In this document: piece by piece, positions 28,341 through 41,525 of the stretch
Position numbering within the stretch: position 1 is the stretch's first letter
How the letters are laid out: each line of letters starts with the position of its first letter
Assembly (NCBI RefSeq): GCF_004010195.1
Contig: NC_057715.1
Location: 55,810,955 to 55,874,954, forward strand
Length of the DNA: 64,000 nt
Origin: Chiloscyllium plagiosum
Lineage: Eukaryota
Reading direction: 5' to 3'
The notes under the pieces: generated by a model
Seen by the model: only the letters and a program-made list of their open reading frames with translations
Told to the model about the DNA's origin: nothing
Databases searched by the model: none
Program-made: the position numbers and the translations under genes

Positions 28341-29339
28341 ATAACCTTGGGAAGACCCCAACTACCAAGGAAGATGAAATAAACTCAAATTTGAAATATC
28401 CATAATCAATTTCACTTATGACTCTCAGAGAAATAGACTTTACTTCACTTGTGTTGTAAATGGATTTTAAAACAGCAATCTCCAGTTCTAGACTCTCCCA
28501 TAACAGAGCACATTCTCGGCACCCTGTCAAGGGACTTCACAATCTTCTGCTTCATTGAAGGCACCTCTTAGTTGTCTAAACTCCAGCAGATACAAACCTA
28601 CACTGTCCAACCTTTCCTCAAAAGACAGTCCTCTCATTTCAGGTATTTGTCTAAAACCTTTTCTGAACTGCCTCCAGTGCACTTACATCTTTCTTTAAAG
28701 AAAGTTGAGCAATATTGTGCACAGATGCAATTTCACCAATGCCCTGTAGAAGTGAAGCATAACCTCCCTACTCTTATATTCAATTCTCATGACCAATAAT
28801 AATATTCTACAACATTCCATTATTAATCCTTTCATTACCTCTTATCTGTCAATCAAACTGCAGGCTGTGGAAGCTGTTAAGTATTCATAACGCTATAATG
28901 ACAGCACTAAAGTTGTATCAACAAACAGCAAATATTAAAGGGCATGTACTTTAAATAACGTGACATCTGGGACAGCCCCGCATACTTCACCCACCTTTCA
29001 AAAGCATTTACATTCCCAGCATAAAGTTATGAAGCACACTGCCACTTTAAGTTATTCATATCAGCTTGTCCTACGCAACAGGTTTACATGTGTTAACTTG
29101 TAACTCGTGCCTAAGCGTTTCATGCCTCACCTTTTTCCCTTACTATCAAGAAAGGGAACTTCCAAACAATGGGGCATAAGTTCCAGATCCTATTCCCATC
29201 AGGCATTATTAGAAGTCTGCAATCATGTTGACCCATAGTCTTGTTTTTCCAATCACTTTCTGAGGGGATTCTATTCCACTTCAATTCTATAAAAATCTGC
29301 TCAAAAATATAACTAAATTCTACAGGATTGGGATAACAT

Positions 29340-32280
29340 AGCAATTACAGAAACATGGCTCAGGGGTGGACAGAACTGGCAGCTTAATGTTCCAGGATAC
29401 AAATGCTATAGGAAGGATGGAAAGAGGGGAAAAGGAGGGAGAGTAGTGTTTTTGATAAGGGATAGCATTATTACAGCTGTACTTGGGGAGGATATTCCTG
29501 CAAATACATCCAGCGAAGTTATTTGGTGGAATTGAGAAATAAGAAAGGGATTATCACCTTATTGGGATTGTATTATAGACCCATAATAGTCATTGGGAAA
29601 TTGAGAAACAAATTTGTAAGTAGATGTCAGTTATCTGTAAGAATAATAATGTGGTTATGGTAAGGGATTTCAACTTTCCAGACACAGACTGGTTCTGCCA
29701 TAGTGTTAAGGGTTTAGATGGAGAAGAATTTGTTAAGTGTGTACAAGACAATTTTCTGATTCAGTATGTGGATGCACATACTAGAGAAGATGCCAGACTT
29801 GATCTACTCTTGAGAAATAAGGCAGGGCAGGTGGCTGAGGGGTCAGTGGGGGAGCACTTTGTGGCCAGCAACTATAATTCCAGTAGATTTAAAATAATGA
29901 ATGGAAAAGGATTAGACCAGATCTAAAAGTTGAAGTTCTAAATTGGAGTAAGGCTAATTTTGATGGTGCAGTATGTGGATGCACATACTAGAGAAGATGC
30001 CAGACTTGATCCACTCTTGAGAAATAAGGCAGGGCAGGTGGCTGAGGGGTCAGTGGGCGAGCACTTTGTGGCCAGCAACTATAATTCCAGTAGATTTAAA
30101 ATAATGATGGAAAAGGATTAGACCAGATCTAAAAGTTGAAGTTCTAAATTGGAGTAAGGCTAATTTTGATGGTGCAAGTCAAGAACTGATAGGGGGCATA
30201 TGTTCGCAGGTAAATGAACGGGTGGAAAATGGGAAGCATTCAAAGTGAGATAAGAAGAGTTCAGAGATAGTTTATTCCTGTCAGGGTAAAAGGAAAGGCT
30301 GATAGGTATAGGGAATGCTGGATGGCTAGAGAAATTGAGGTTTTAGTTAAGAAAAAGAATGATAAGTGTATGTCAAGAACAGACAGGAGACATTGAGTGA
30401 ATCCTTAGAAGAGTATAAAGGCAGTAGGAGTACACTAATCAAGAGTGTAAAAAAAAAAGGACATGAGATAGCTTTGGCAAATAGGGTTAAGAAGAATCCA
30501 AAAAGTTTTTACAAATACATTAAGGACAAAAGGGTAACCAGGGAAAGAATTTGGCCCCTCAGAGGTCAGAAAAACAGCCTGTGTGTGGAGTCACAGGAGA
30601 TGAGGAAGATACTAAACGAGTATTTTGCATCAGTGTTTACTGTGGAGAAGGAAATGGAAGATACAGAATGTGGGGAAATAGATGGTGACATCTTGAAAAT
30701 GCCCATATTTCAGAGGAGAAAGTGCTGGATGTCTTGAAATGCATACAAAAAGTGGATAAATCCCCAGGACTGTGATCGGTGAACCTTAGAACTCTGTGGG
30801 AAGCGAGGGGAGTGATTGCTGGGCCCCTTGATATTTGTATTATCAATAGTCACAGGTGAGGTACCGGAAGACTGGAGGTTGGCTAACTGGCCACTATTTA
30901 AGAAAGGTGCTAAGGAAAAGCCAGGGAACTATAGACTGGTGAGCCTCATATCCTGAGGGACAGTATTTACATGTGTTTGGAAAGGCAAGGACTGATTAGG
31001 AATAGGTGGAGAAAGTGAGGGCTGCAGATGTTGGATTAGGAATAGTCAGTATGACTTTGTGCATGGAAAATCATGTCTCACAAACTTGATTGAATTTTTT
31101 TGAAGTAGTAATAAAGTGGATTGATGAGGGCAGAGCAGTAGACGTGCTCGATATGGATTCAGTAAGGTTCCTCATGGAAGACTGGGTGAGCAAGGATAGA
31201 TCTCATGGAATACAGGGAGAATGAGCCATTTGGATACAGAACTGGCTCAAAGGTAGAAGACAGAGGGAGGCACTGGAGGCCTGTGACCAGTGATGTGCCA
31301 CAAGGACCTGTGCTAAGTCCACTGCTTTTGTCATTGATACAAATGATTTGGATGTGAGCATAGGAGGCATAGTTAGTAAGTTTGCAGATGACACCAAAAT
31401 TGGAAGTGCAGTGGACAGCGAAGAAGAATACCTCAGAGTACAACAGGATCTTGATCAGATGGGTCATTGGGCTGAGGAACGGCAGGTGGAGATTAACTTG
31501 AATAAATGTGAGGTGCTGTATTTTGGAAAAGCAAATCAGAGCAGGACGTTTACACTTAATGGGAAGATCCTGGGGAATGTTGCTGAACAAAGAGACCTTG
31601 GAGTGCAGATTCATAGTTCGTTGAAAGTGGAGTCGCAGGTTGATAGGATAGTGAAGGTGTTCGATATGCTTTCCTTTATTGGTCAGAGCATTGAGTATAG
31701 GAGTTGGAAGGTCATGTTGCAGCTGTACAGGACATTGGTTAGAGCACTAATGGAATATTGTGTGCAATTCTGGTCTCCTTCCGATTGGAAGGATGTTGTG
31801 AAACTTGAAAGCGTTCAGAAAAGATTAACAAGGATGTTGCCAGAGTTGGAGGATTTGAGCAATAGGGAGAGGCTGTTTTCCCTGGAGTGTTGGAGGCTGA
31901 GGGGTGACCTTATAGAGGTTTATTAAGTCATGAGGGGCATGGATAGGGTAAATAGACAAGGTCTTTTCCGTGTGTGGAGGAGTCCAGAACTAGAGAGCAT
32001 AGGTTTAGGGCGAGAGGGGAAAGATATAAAAGGGACCGAAGGGGCAACATTTTCACAGAGGGTGGTTCGCGTACAGAATGAGCTGCAGAGGAAGTGGTGG
32101 AGGCTGGTACAATTTACAGCATTTAAAAAGCATCTGGATGGGTATATGAATAGGAAGGGTTTAGAGGAATAAGAGCCAAGTGCTGGCAGGTGGGACTAGA
32201 TTAGGTTAGGATATCTGGTCGGCATGGACGAGCTGGACTGAAGGGTCTGTTTCCGTGCTGTATACCTCTATGACTATGAT
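29340..32280 (+). mobile_element. CR1 LINE, most of ORF2 (AP endonuclease to RT to tail), decayed
   Basis: ORF 29624..29926 (RDFNFPDTDW, TREDARLDLLL), 30366..30737 and 31348..31926 (KFADDTK). Confidence 0.93.
29762..30176 (+). repeat. Tandem duplication, two near-identical ~207-bp copies inside the CR1
   Basis: cagtatgtggatgcacatactagagaagatgcc...taattttgatggtgca begins at 29762 and again at 29969. Confidence 0.9.
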
Positions 32281-35200
32281 ACTGGGGGAAGATATAGAAG
32301 CATAGAAGCACACTTTTGCAACATAACATGTTCTGTAGAAGACACAGTTGACTGTCATCAAAGCTGACGAAGAGTCATCTGGACTCGAAACATTAGTTTA
32401 ATCTCCCTCCATGGGTGCCACCTGACCTGCTGTGATTGCCAGCATTTTTTGCTTTCCAACACAAATTCTAGCATTTGCAGCAAAAGTGGAAAATACATAA
32501 AGTACACAGGTCAACCTTCTACGGAATAATAAGACAAATGTTTATCATTTGTAGTTCTCCCAAACAGAAATAGTTGGCAGAAACAATAACATGATTTGAA
32601 AAAAGGACTAAATCTTTTATTAAGAAACATCAGTGAAAAGATCATATCAATAAAGTAATAGATGAAACATTAAGACATTAAAGAAACAAAAAGGTGCACA
32701 AATAGCTAAAGCAAAAAACAGCAAACTTTTTTTGAAAGTGGAGAGAAACTTTAGGGTATAGTTAAATTCCAAGGTTGCTGAAATCAATTTTCAGATCCAG
32801 AGTACCAAAAAAGGACACATCATTTCTAAAACTTTCAGAGTTTCATTAGGACAGTATACCAAGCAAAATGAGAATAAAAGTTAGGAGGGGACAAAAGCAA
32901 TTTAGATTGGTGGTTGCCAACAGAACAGCAGCAAAGCAGTAATTTCAATTCAGTCTCCCCAAGCTACAGCAGACCACACCATGAGCTGAAAGTAGAGTTT
33001 GCTAGAATTGCGGGTGCATTAATAAATTGTTCTCACAATGTGTGTCAAAGCTCAATGCACAAGTTTTACATTTTGCAGAGACAAGTATGATTAAATAAAG
33101 GTCAGGATAATTTAAAAAAATGAATCTTGTTGTCACAGAGAATAATTCCTCTTAAAAACAGTAGATGATCCAATTGATTTCTGGACAATGCTGTAGATGG
33201 CCAGCAAAATATTTAATGGTGACATTAAAAGGAGATTTGCTGCAAGTCTTCTCTAAGAGTTTGGGAAGAGATTCAAGGAACTTGGCTGGACTAGGTCGAT
33301 AGCAGTGGTGAACTATAGAGAAGCAAACTTTCAAGTAAAAATAAAGGAGAACTGCTCAGAAGCTCTAAACATCACATATCAACACAAATACATTAGAAAT
33401 TAGAGCAACTTGGGCAAAGATATGGAGTATTTAAAGGAAATAGGATAGGAAGAAGAATGTGTCAAGTAAGTGTGGGCATTGGGGAGCTTGCAATGGATTT
33501 CAACAGAAAGCTCAGCACCAAGGATAAAAAGGAAGATGTCCAGATTTGGAATCAGAGGAGGAGTAATGATAGTACAGATCAACATAAAGGGTTTGAAGGA
33601 AACTGGAAACACGTTGTGAAATTCTGAAGAACAAGAGCAAAACCAATAAGTTGAATGCACGATTGTCATCAATGCAAGTGTGGTGGACTGGGACCGGAAT
33701 AAATAATCTTCATTATAACTGTCAAACAACAGAGATTAAAACAAAGCCTGCGTAGCCAAAGTAATTATAAATCAATTAGAAAGTATAACAGATTGTGACA
33801 TGCAGCATGCATGCACATCAATTATCAAAAACAATAAGGCAGCAAGAGGTAAGCAACAAGTCTACTTTTTAATGACTTTTTTTTATAGAATACTAAATCC
33901 TCAAGTTCCAACTTTATCACAGAGAGTCTTTTGCTATGCCTTCGAGTTCTTTGAATTTCATATAAGACATGAGCCTGGACTACACTTCTTCGGCAGGTAA
34001 AGCATTCAAGCCTGCAGAAACAAATGTCATCTCTTCTAGACATGGCTTCACATATCATGATTCTATGGTCAGTTTGACTATTCACCCTGCAGTCCTTGTT
34101 CTCAGCAGTCAGTGAGCAACCATCTCAAAACTGTTAGTCAAATGCAAAAGCTGAAACTATTCCAAGACTATATCCTGGATCCCCATGCCAACTGATTTAA
34201 TCATCACATTCTCCTGCTCTCAGTCACTGACCAGCTAAAGTTCCACTTAATCTAATTTACGCACCTCATATCATTGCTAAACAGATATGAATTTTGAAGA
34301 AGTTGTTAAACAACCCAAAGCTAATCAATGTGGCTAATTCTGACTGTCATAAATCTGGAGAAAACACTCAAACTGGAACAACACAAGTTCTAGAACAATA
34401 CTGTTGAAAAAGAAAGTCCTTGTCTCAATAGACCTGATAAAATGCCAGTTAGAGAATCACAAAAACAGATGAAAACTGAAAAACCATAATAAAACCTAAA
34501 ACTAAACTGCTTAATTCTGTTTTTACAAAAGGTAAACACATCAAGACAGTGAAGTATCTTGAAACAGTAATTAAATGGAGACATTTAACCAAACAAAATG
34601 AATACAACAGCCATAATAGACTGGCAGTTTTTTTTAAACCTGTACTAGTAGTTAGCTACTGAGTCAGTGTCTTCAATTTATTCATGGAATTTTAGTCTCA
34701 CTGGCTGGACCAGTGTTTATTGCCCATTCCCAATTGCCAAAGAGGCAGTTAGTGGTCAACCGTGTTACTGGAGGTCTGGAGTCACATGTAAGCCAGACCC
34801 GGTTTAAGAAAAAAGGCAGTTATCCTTCCCTAAAGAATATTAGTGAGCCAAATGGATCCAGACATTAATTCAATTCATGTTTCACCATCTTCCATGTTGG
34901 GATTGAATTCATAATCCTAAAACATTAGCTTGGAACTCTTGACATCTTCACAGATGCATGTATGCACAGAGCAACATATTTTGATTTGCGAACACTACAA
35001 CACGTACCGTCAACAGGCATTTTTCGTTCAGACAATAATATAAAACCATACGAGAACACAACTAGACTGTCTAATTGCTTCTGTCACTGGAAATGTGTTT
35101 AAATCCTGAATTAGTTGATTAAGGAAAATCCACTTTAATAACAGTTATGTGTTTGAGTGGAAGCATGTTTCTACATGCACCCATGTTCAACAGAGGCAAA

Positions 35201-36509
35201 GCCCTGATTTAATTTCAAAGTAATTATCTCCAAAAATTGTGTTGTTCATTTCAAAATTGTCAATTTTACTTGGACAAAGCTGTTACATAAAATCTAGAAC
35301 AATACCTCATTACTCATCTGAACACCTAAAATCTAACAGTTTCAATATCCAAGAACCATTGTAGCAAATTATTTTCAAAAATTGCCAACTAAAATGTTTG
35401 TGTTGCTAATATCACATCCCTATGGCCTTGCACAATATAGAAACTAAGTGTCCCTTCATCAGAACCTGACCCGAAATGTTAACTCAGATTTCTCTGCACA
35501 GATGCTGTCAGATCAGCTGAGCTTTTCCAGAAATGTGTTTTTGTTACTGATTTACAGCATCTGCAGTTCTTTCAGTTTTCAAAAACAGGAAACAATTGCT
35601 TTATACTATCAAAAAGTGACAAATGCACTAATAGAAATACAAATCAAAATACATGGTTAACTATCAAGACACAATTCACAACTGACACAATCTTAGATTT
35701 GTAGATGGATGTCATGTACAAAACATCTACAAAGACAGATTAAGTGCACTGAAATAACAAACCTGCTGTTTCTGTTATTAATTGTCAAAGTCTCTTAGGC
35801 CCACTGATTTCCTTCAGGTAGTTGACCCCCAGCAGTGCAGTCAATGGTGCAAAAGATAATGTGCCAGCAATGAGACTGGAATGCAAAAGAATGGTCCTAC
35901 ACTAATCAGGTACAACTAAATAAATTAATGTCTGGCATCTTTGCTTAGAAATAATTTTAAAAATGGAAGCAATGAGATAATGATGAAATCCAGTCTCATG
36001 CTTCCAAATTTCATCAGATTTTGAACCACAAGAGTAAGAACCTGAGCTTTGAAATTGCTTACTATGAACAACTAAATCCTCCAGTAAAATATGGGTGGAT
36101 CTCTGTCAAATGTTTTAAGTTAAAGCTTGTATCCCCACGGTGTATTTTTAAAGTCTGTACATTGACAAGAATTTTTAACAAAACTTCTCCATGTTTAACA
36201 TTATGAAAACTAGTCTAGCAATGCCCAGTGATCTTCAGATACTAAATTCATCATTCAGCTGTGACAAAAAATGTTTTCAATGAAAAACACGAAGTGAAGT
36301 TGTAACAATGCAAATTAAACATCATTTCTAAGTGATTGACTGTCAAACACTCCAACAAAGTTCTAATGCAGAGTCATGAGACTTAAAAAGTTAATGCTGT
36401 TTCTCTCTCCAGAGAGGCTGCCAAATGTACTAAGTTTCCCCAGTACTTTGTTTTTATTGCTCAAGTCGCTTTCCTTCCTTTCCTACCCCCTACTATTAGA
36501 TACTATTAT

Positions 36510-38020
36510 AGAGGCAGTCATAGAGACGTACAGCATGGAAACAAACCCTTCGGTTCAACTCGTCCATGCTGAGCAGACATCCTGAATTAATCTAGTCCCA
36601 TTTGCCAGAAGAATTGGCACACATCCCTCTAACCAATTCCTATTCATATACCCATCCAGATGCCTTTTAAATGTTGTAATTATATCAGCCTCCTCTACTT
36701 TCTCTGGCAGCTCACTCCATACATGCACCACCACCTAAGTTAAAAGTTGTCCCTTGAGTTTCTTTTAAATCTTTCCCCTCTGATCTTAAACCTATGTTCT
36801 CTAGTTTTGAAATCCACAAACTTGGGGAAAAGACCTTGACTTTCATCCTATCCATGCCCCTCAGCCTCCAAACACTTATAATCCTAGCCCCAGCCTACAT
36901 TCCCTGTAGCTCAAACCTTCCAAACCTGACAACTTGCTTGTAAATCTTTTCTGAACCCTTTCAAGTTTAATAACATCTTTCCTGTAGCACGGAGACCAGA
37001 ACTGAACGCAATATTCCAAAAGTGGCCTAACCAATGTCCTGTATGGCTGCAACATGACCCAACTCTTATACTCAAGGCAAGTGTACCAAATGCCTTCATC
37101 GCTCCAGTCTCTCTGCAACTTCACTTTCAATGAACTATGAACCTGAAGTCCGATGTCTCTTTGTTCAGTAACACTCCCATGACATTACCATTAAGTGTGT
37201 AAGTCCTGCCCTGATTTGTCCCATCAAAATGTAGCACCTCATATTTATTTCGATTAAATTCCATCTGTCACTCTTCTGCCTATCTGATCAAGGTCCCATT
37301 GTACTCTAAGGTAGCCTTCTTCGCTGTCCACACCACCACCAATGTTGGCGTCATCTGCAAACTTACGAACCACACCTCCGATATTCACATCTAAATCATT
37401 TGTACAAATGACAAAAAGCAGCAAACTCCCAACCAATCCTTGTGGCACACCACTGGTCATAGGCTTCCAGTCCAAAAAGCAACCCTCTACCACTACCTTC
37501 TTTCTCCTACCTTCTAACCAATTTTGTATCCAAATAGCTGGTTCTCCTGGTTTTTTCCTTGTGATCGAACATTATTAACCAGTCTACCATGTGGAACCTT
37601 GACAAACGCCTTACTGAATTCCCTATAGATCACGTCCACCACTCTGCCTTCAATGTTTCTTTGTTCCTTCTTCAAAAAACCCAAGTTAGTGAGGCACAAT
37701 TTCCCACGCACAAAGCCATGTTGACTATCTCTAATCAGTCTTTGCCTTTCCAAATACATATAAATCCTGTCCCTCAGAATACCCTCGAACAACTTGCCCA
37801 CCAGTGATGTTAGGCTCCCTGTCTACAGTTCCCTGGCTTTTCCTTATTACCTTGCTTAAATAATGGCACCACATTAGCCAACCTCCAGTCTTATGGCACC
37901 TTACCCCTGGTGATCGATGGTACAAATATCACAGCAAGGGGCCCAGCAATCACTTTCCTAGCTTCCTACAAGGTTCTAAGGTACATCTGATCCAGTCCCA
38001 CAGATTTTTCCAACTTTATG
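36510..38020 (-). mobile_element. CR1 LINE, decayed
   Basis: ORFs 37514..37801, 37254..37493 (GVPQG, KFADD) and 36876..37130. Confidence 0.92.
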
Positions 38021-40387
38021 CATTAGTAGTAAGCAGCCAGAAGATTCAGTAAAATTTCGCATTAATTCAAATAGTTTTTTTTCTCATTGAATGGTACAAA
38101 GTAGTAGTGAAATCCAAACACAAATTCTGAACTTACAATTTTTCAGGAAAATAATATGCATCGTACAAACTGTTGCAAACTCAAAGGGAAAATAAAGATG
38201 AAGGAGTTACTTTACAGAATAACTGTTCTTCAAATTCTGAGCTTATGTTCCCTAATTTTAGGGATGCAGAATCTATCAAAAGCCAAACCTGACAGCATAC
38301 GCCATAAATACCAAGCTCACGCTTTCAAAAAGTGACTTCTAAAGTTGTACAATAACTGCGATTATTAGTGCTTGTCTCATTGACTGTATTCACTATTTCC
38401 TAAAGACCACTTATAAATGTTTATCCCATTATTGAACTCAATCAAGGTCACAATAACTTTGTTTGCCATGATATTAAGCTTTTTCATCTTTCATAAACTT
38501 TCAAACTTTCAAAGCATTTATTTTATGCACTGAAAACTGAAAATCTACCTACACAAGAAGTGTCAGCTTTTACAGCACTTTACTGAAATTGCTAAAGTTT
38601 GGAACAAATCAAGTGGCATGATTTGGCATACAAGAATATAACTTAACATTGAAATCAAAACTGTTTAATCTCAACTTTTTTTAAATCTCGTGGCTATAAT
38701 ATTTTCTAGCTGTTAAGCTATTAGCAGAGACCAGTGAAGGCACCATGAAATTCAGTATGTTATCCCGAGAAACAAAGAAAATTAGACGTAAGACAAAAAC
38801 GTTGTTAACATGTTTTACTTTTAGGCTGTAGGTCCGATACCTTCTTTCACTGCAAAAGTGCAAAAAGCATTGAAAAAAATTGAGTTATTTCACAGCAAAG
38901 TAACCACCCTTCCCTTTCTAAAATTGTTTTTCCAATAACTTTGACTCCTCCATTAAGCAGAAAAATAGCAAGAACCCTGGCCAACACTGCCATGCCAGTG
39001 TTTGGACATTTAAAAAAAAATGTTAAAACACCAATTGTGTCAGACACTCTTGGAAGCAAAACATCTCCCACAGGGAAAACCAGTTACAGAAATTTACCAG
39101 TGAGTTACAGCAGCTTGATTCTGGCCAAACTCCAATCACACTTCATTTTTGTTAAACACAGCAAACCCCTAACGAGTCTTTTTCACAATGCACCCCAGTC
39201 ACAGATTTTGCACTTCATTGCATTCTGGACAAGTACAGCTTATTCTGTCACGTACAACGAAACAAAAAGGCCTGTAACTACACCACATGCACTTACCATC
39301 TATCATCAGCTATGGCTTAGGCTTCAGTTGAAGTTAAAAAGTATTTAAACTGAGGAATACCAATCCTTTCAGATAATAGCACAACCATAATGTCAATTAG
39401 TCAGTAGTTATTGATTGAAAATAGAGCTTAGTAAAGTGTGTTCAATAACATCTGATCAAAGGCCACAATTCCAAGCAGTGACATGCCTGAAGGCTACTCT
39501 TTCAAATTCACTTCCTAATCAAACTGCTTCAACCATTATCCTGCATCCTATTAGAAATCCAAAAGAATCAAATCATAAACATTGTTCATTTACTACCTAA
39601 CACAACTTCTATGATTACATTTCTGAAGTTGTCAGCATTTGTTTCCAGCTTTGCACTCTACAGAACGTAACTTATAATACGCATTGCTCTATGATACGAT
39701 ATTCAAATCCATTTTAGCATCTGTAAGAAAGGCACTGAGCAGGAAACTGCAAAAAAAATCATTTCTGCACATTATCTTTTCTGATTGACTTTCTCTCCAT
39801 ACTAATGCAGGTCTTAAGCTGTTTTCACAGAGAAATGGAGAATTGATTGATGGTCCAAATATGAATGAGGAGTCCAGTATAATCAAACAAGCTTCTGGAG
39901 TAACATGGGCAATCTCCTTTGTGTTGTCTTGTTCCCCCTGTACAAGCTATCAGTTATTCACTAGTCTGCTCAACAAGGCCCATTATAGCCATCAGGTCTC
40001 AAAATTAAAACAAGACGACAAAATAAACTTAAGTAAACAATGTATAATAAAATGAACATATTCAGAAATCTCAGTGATCACTGAAGCAAAATGTAAAAAT
40101 GTATTATACAGTGAGGTGCAAAGAAATAGTCCACACATGATGCTGTTATTAGTCAATCTTTACTCAAATTTGGATTGCTTAGAATGTCACTAATTTGTTA
40201 CTGTTTACCAAAACAAACATTTCATCACCTTTTAATTCCCAATGATTTTTCCTAAATTTGCTTTTTTACGATGCCTTGGATAACAAAACCTACTTCTACA
40301 TATAGAAAGACTTTTGTTCTTTCCCTACCAAAACAGAAATTGTGAAACAACATCAAATTTGATGTACATTAATTTTTCAAAGGGATT

Positions 40388-40953
40388 TAGAGAGAAGTAC
40401 AGCATGGAAATAGACCCTTCATCCATGTCAAACAAATATCCTAAATTAATCTAGTCCCATTTGCCAACACTTGGCCCATACCCCTCCAAACTCTTCCCAT
40501 TCATATACCCATCCAAATGCCTTTTAAATGTTGCAATCGCACCCGCCTCCAATACTTCCTCTGGCAGCTCATTCCATACACACATCACCCTCTGTGAGAA
40601 AAGTTGCTCCTTAGGTCCCTTTTAAATATTTCCCCTCTCAACCTAAACGTATGCACTCCAGTTCTGGACTCCCCCACCCAAAGGAAAACACCTTGTCTAT
40701 TTACCCTATCCATGACAGTCAGATTTTATAAACCTCTAGAAGGTCACCTCCTCAGCCTCTTACACTCCAGGAAAAATAGCCCCAGCCTATTCAGCCTCTC
40801 CCTATAGCTCAAACCCACCAACCCTGGCAACATCCTTGCAAATCTTTTCTGAACCCTTTCAAGTTTCCCACCATCCTTCCAATAGGAGACCAGAATTGCA
40901 CATCATATTCTAAAAGCAGCCTAACCAATGTCCTGCACAGCCGGAACATGACC
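40388..40953 (-). mobile_element. CR1 LINE 3' part, left half of the copy split by the Polinton-like element
   Basis: Sequence ends ...aacatgacc and resumes at 54601 as tgacctcccaactcc, as in uninterrupted copies near 10945 and 37050. Confidence 0.9.
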
Positions 40954-41135
40954 AGCAGCATGGTGGCAAATGCACCGACGCTTGGGAGGTGTGCGAAGTA
41001 GAAACATAATTGCTAAATCTTAATCTACTGGAATGCACTGCAAGGTAGAAACACATTTGTGTGCACCATACCAACAAAAACAAACAGCACGGAGCGCCCC
41101 TGGGACAGCCCACCCCTCTCGCCAGCCCGGGCTCT
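40954..41135 (+). repeat. Left terminal inverted repeat (~182 bp)
   Basis: Aligns to the reverse complement of 54417-54600, with shared blocks such as tcttaatctactggaatgc, ggtagaaaca, atttgtgtgc, ccctgggacag and gcccgggctct. Confidence 0.93.
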
Positions 41136-41525
41136 CTACAAGTCAGCAGCATATTAGACGTTGCGTCTGACCTATGATATATCGTAGGTATATGCAATGT
41201 CACAAGCAGCTAATATGTTTATTGCACGAAATGGCCATGTGTGGTTTCTATTGGGGAAGATGTCTAGATGTGGAAAGCAGTGTGTTAACAAACACTTTGC
41301 AGTCTGCAGGGCTCTGCTCCGCAGGAGTGCAATTGAGCCCCAGCACAGTCCAGTCCCTTACAGCTATGTAAGGGTTACAGCTTTTATAGGTCTCACAAAA
41401 GCTCCAGGATACCAAGAAGTGAGCTAGAAAACAGTTAGAGTGTGTCCCCAATGAGACACGAGCAACCAAAACTTTAATTTTGAGAAAGACCTTACATATG
41501 ATATAGACCTTACAACATGGTGACA

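Noticed and set aside
41205-41240. Second hammerhead near the left TIR (GAAATGGC shared with the right one)
   Set aside because: The CTGATGA box is absent (CTAATAT) and stem II is weak.
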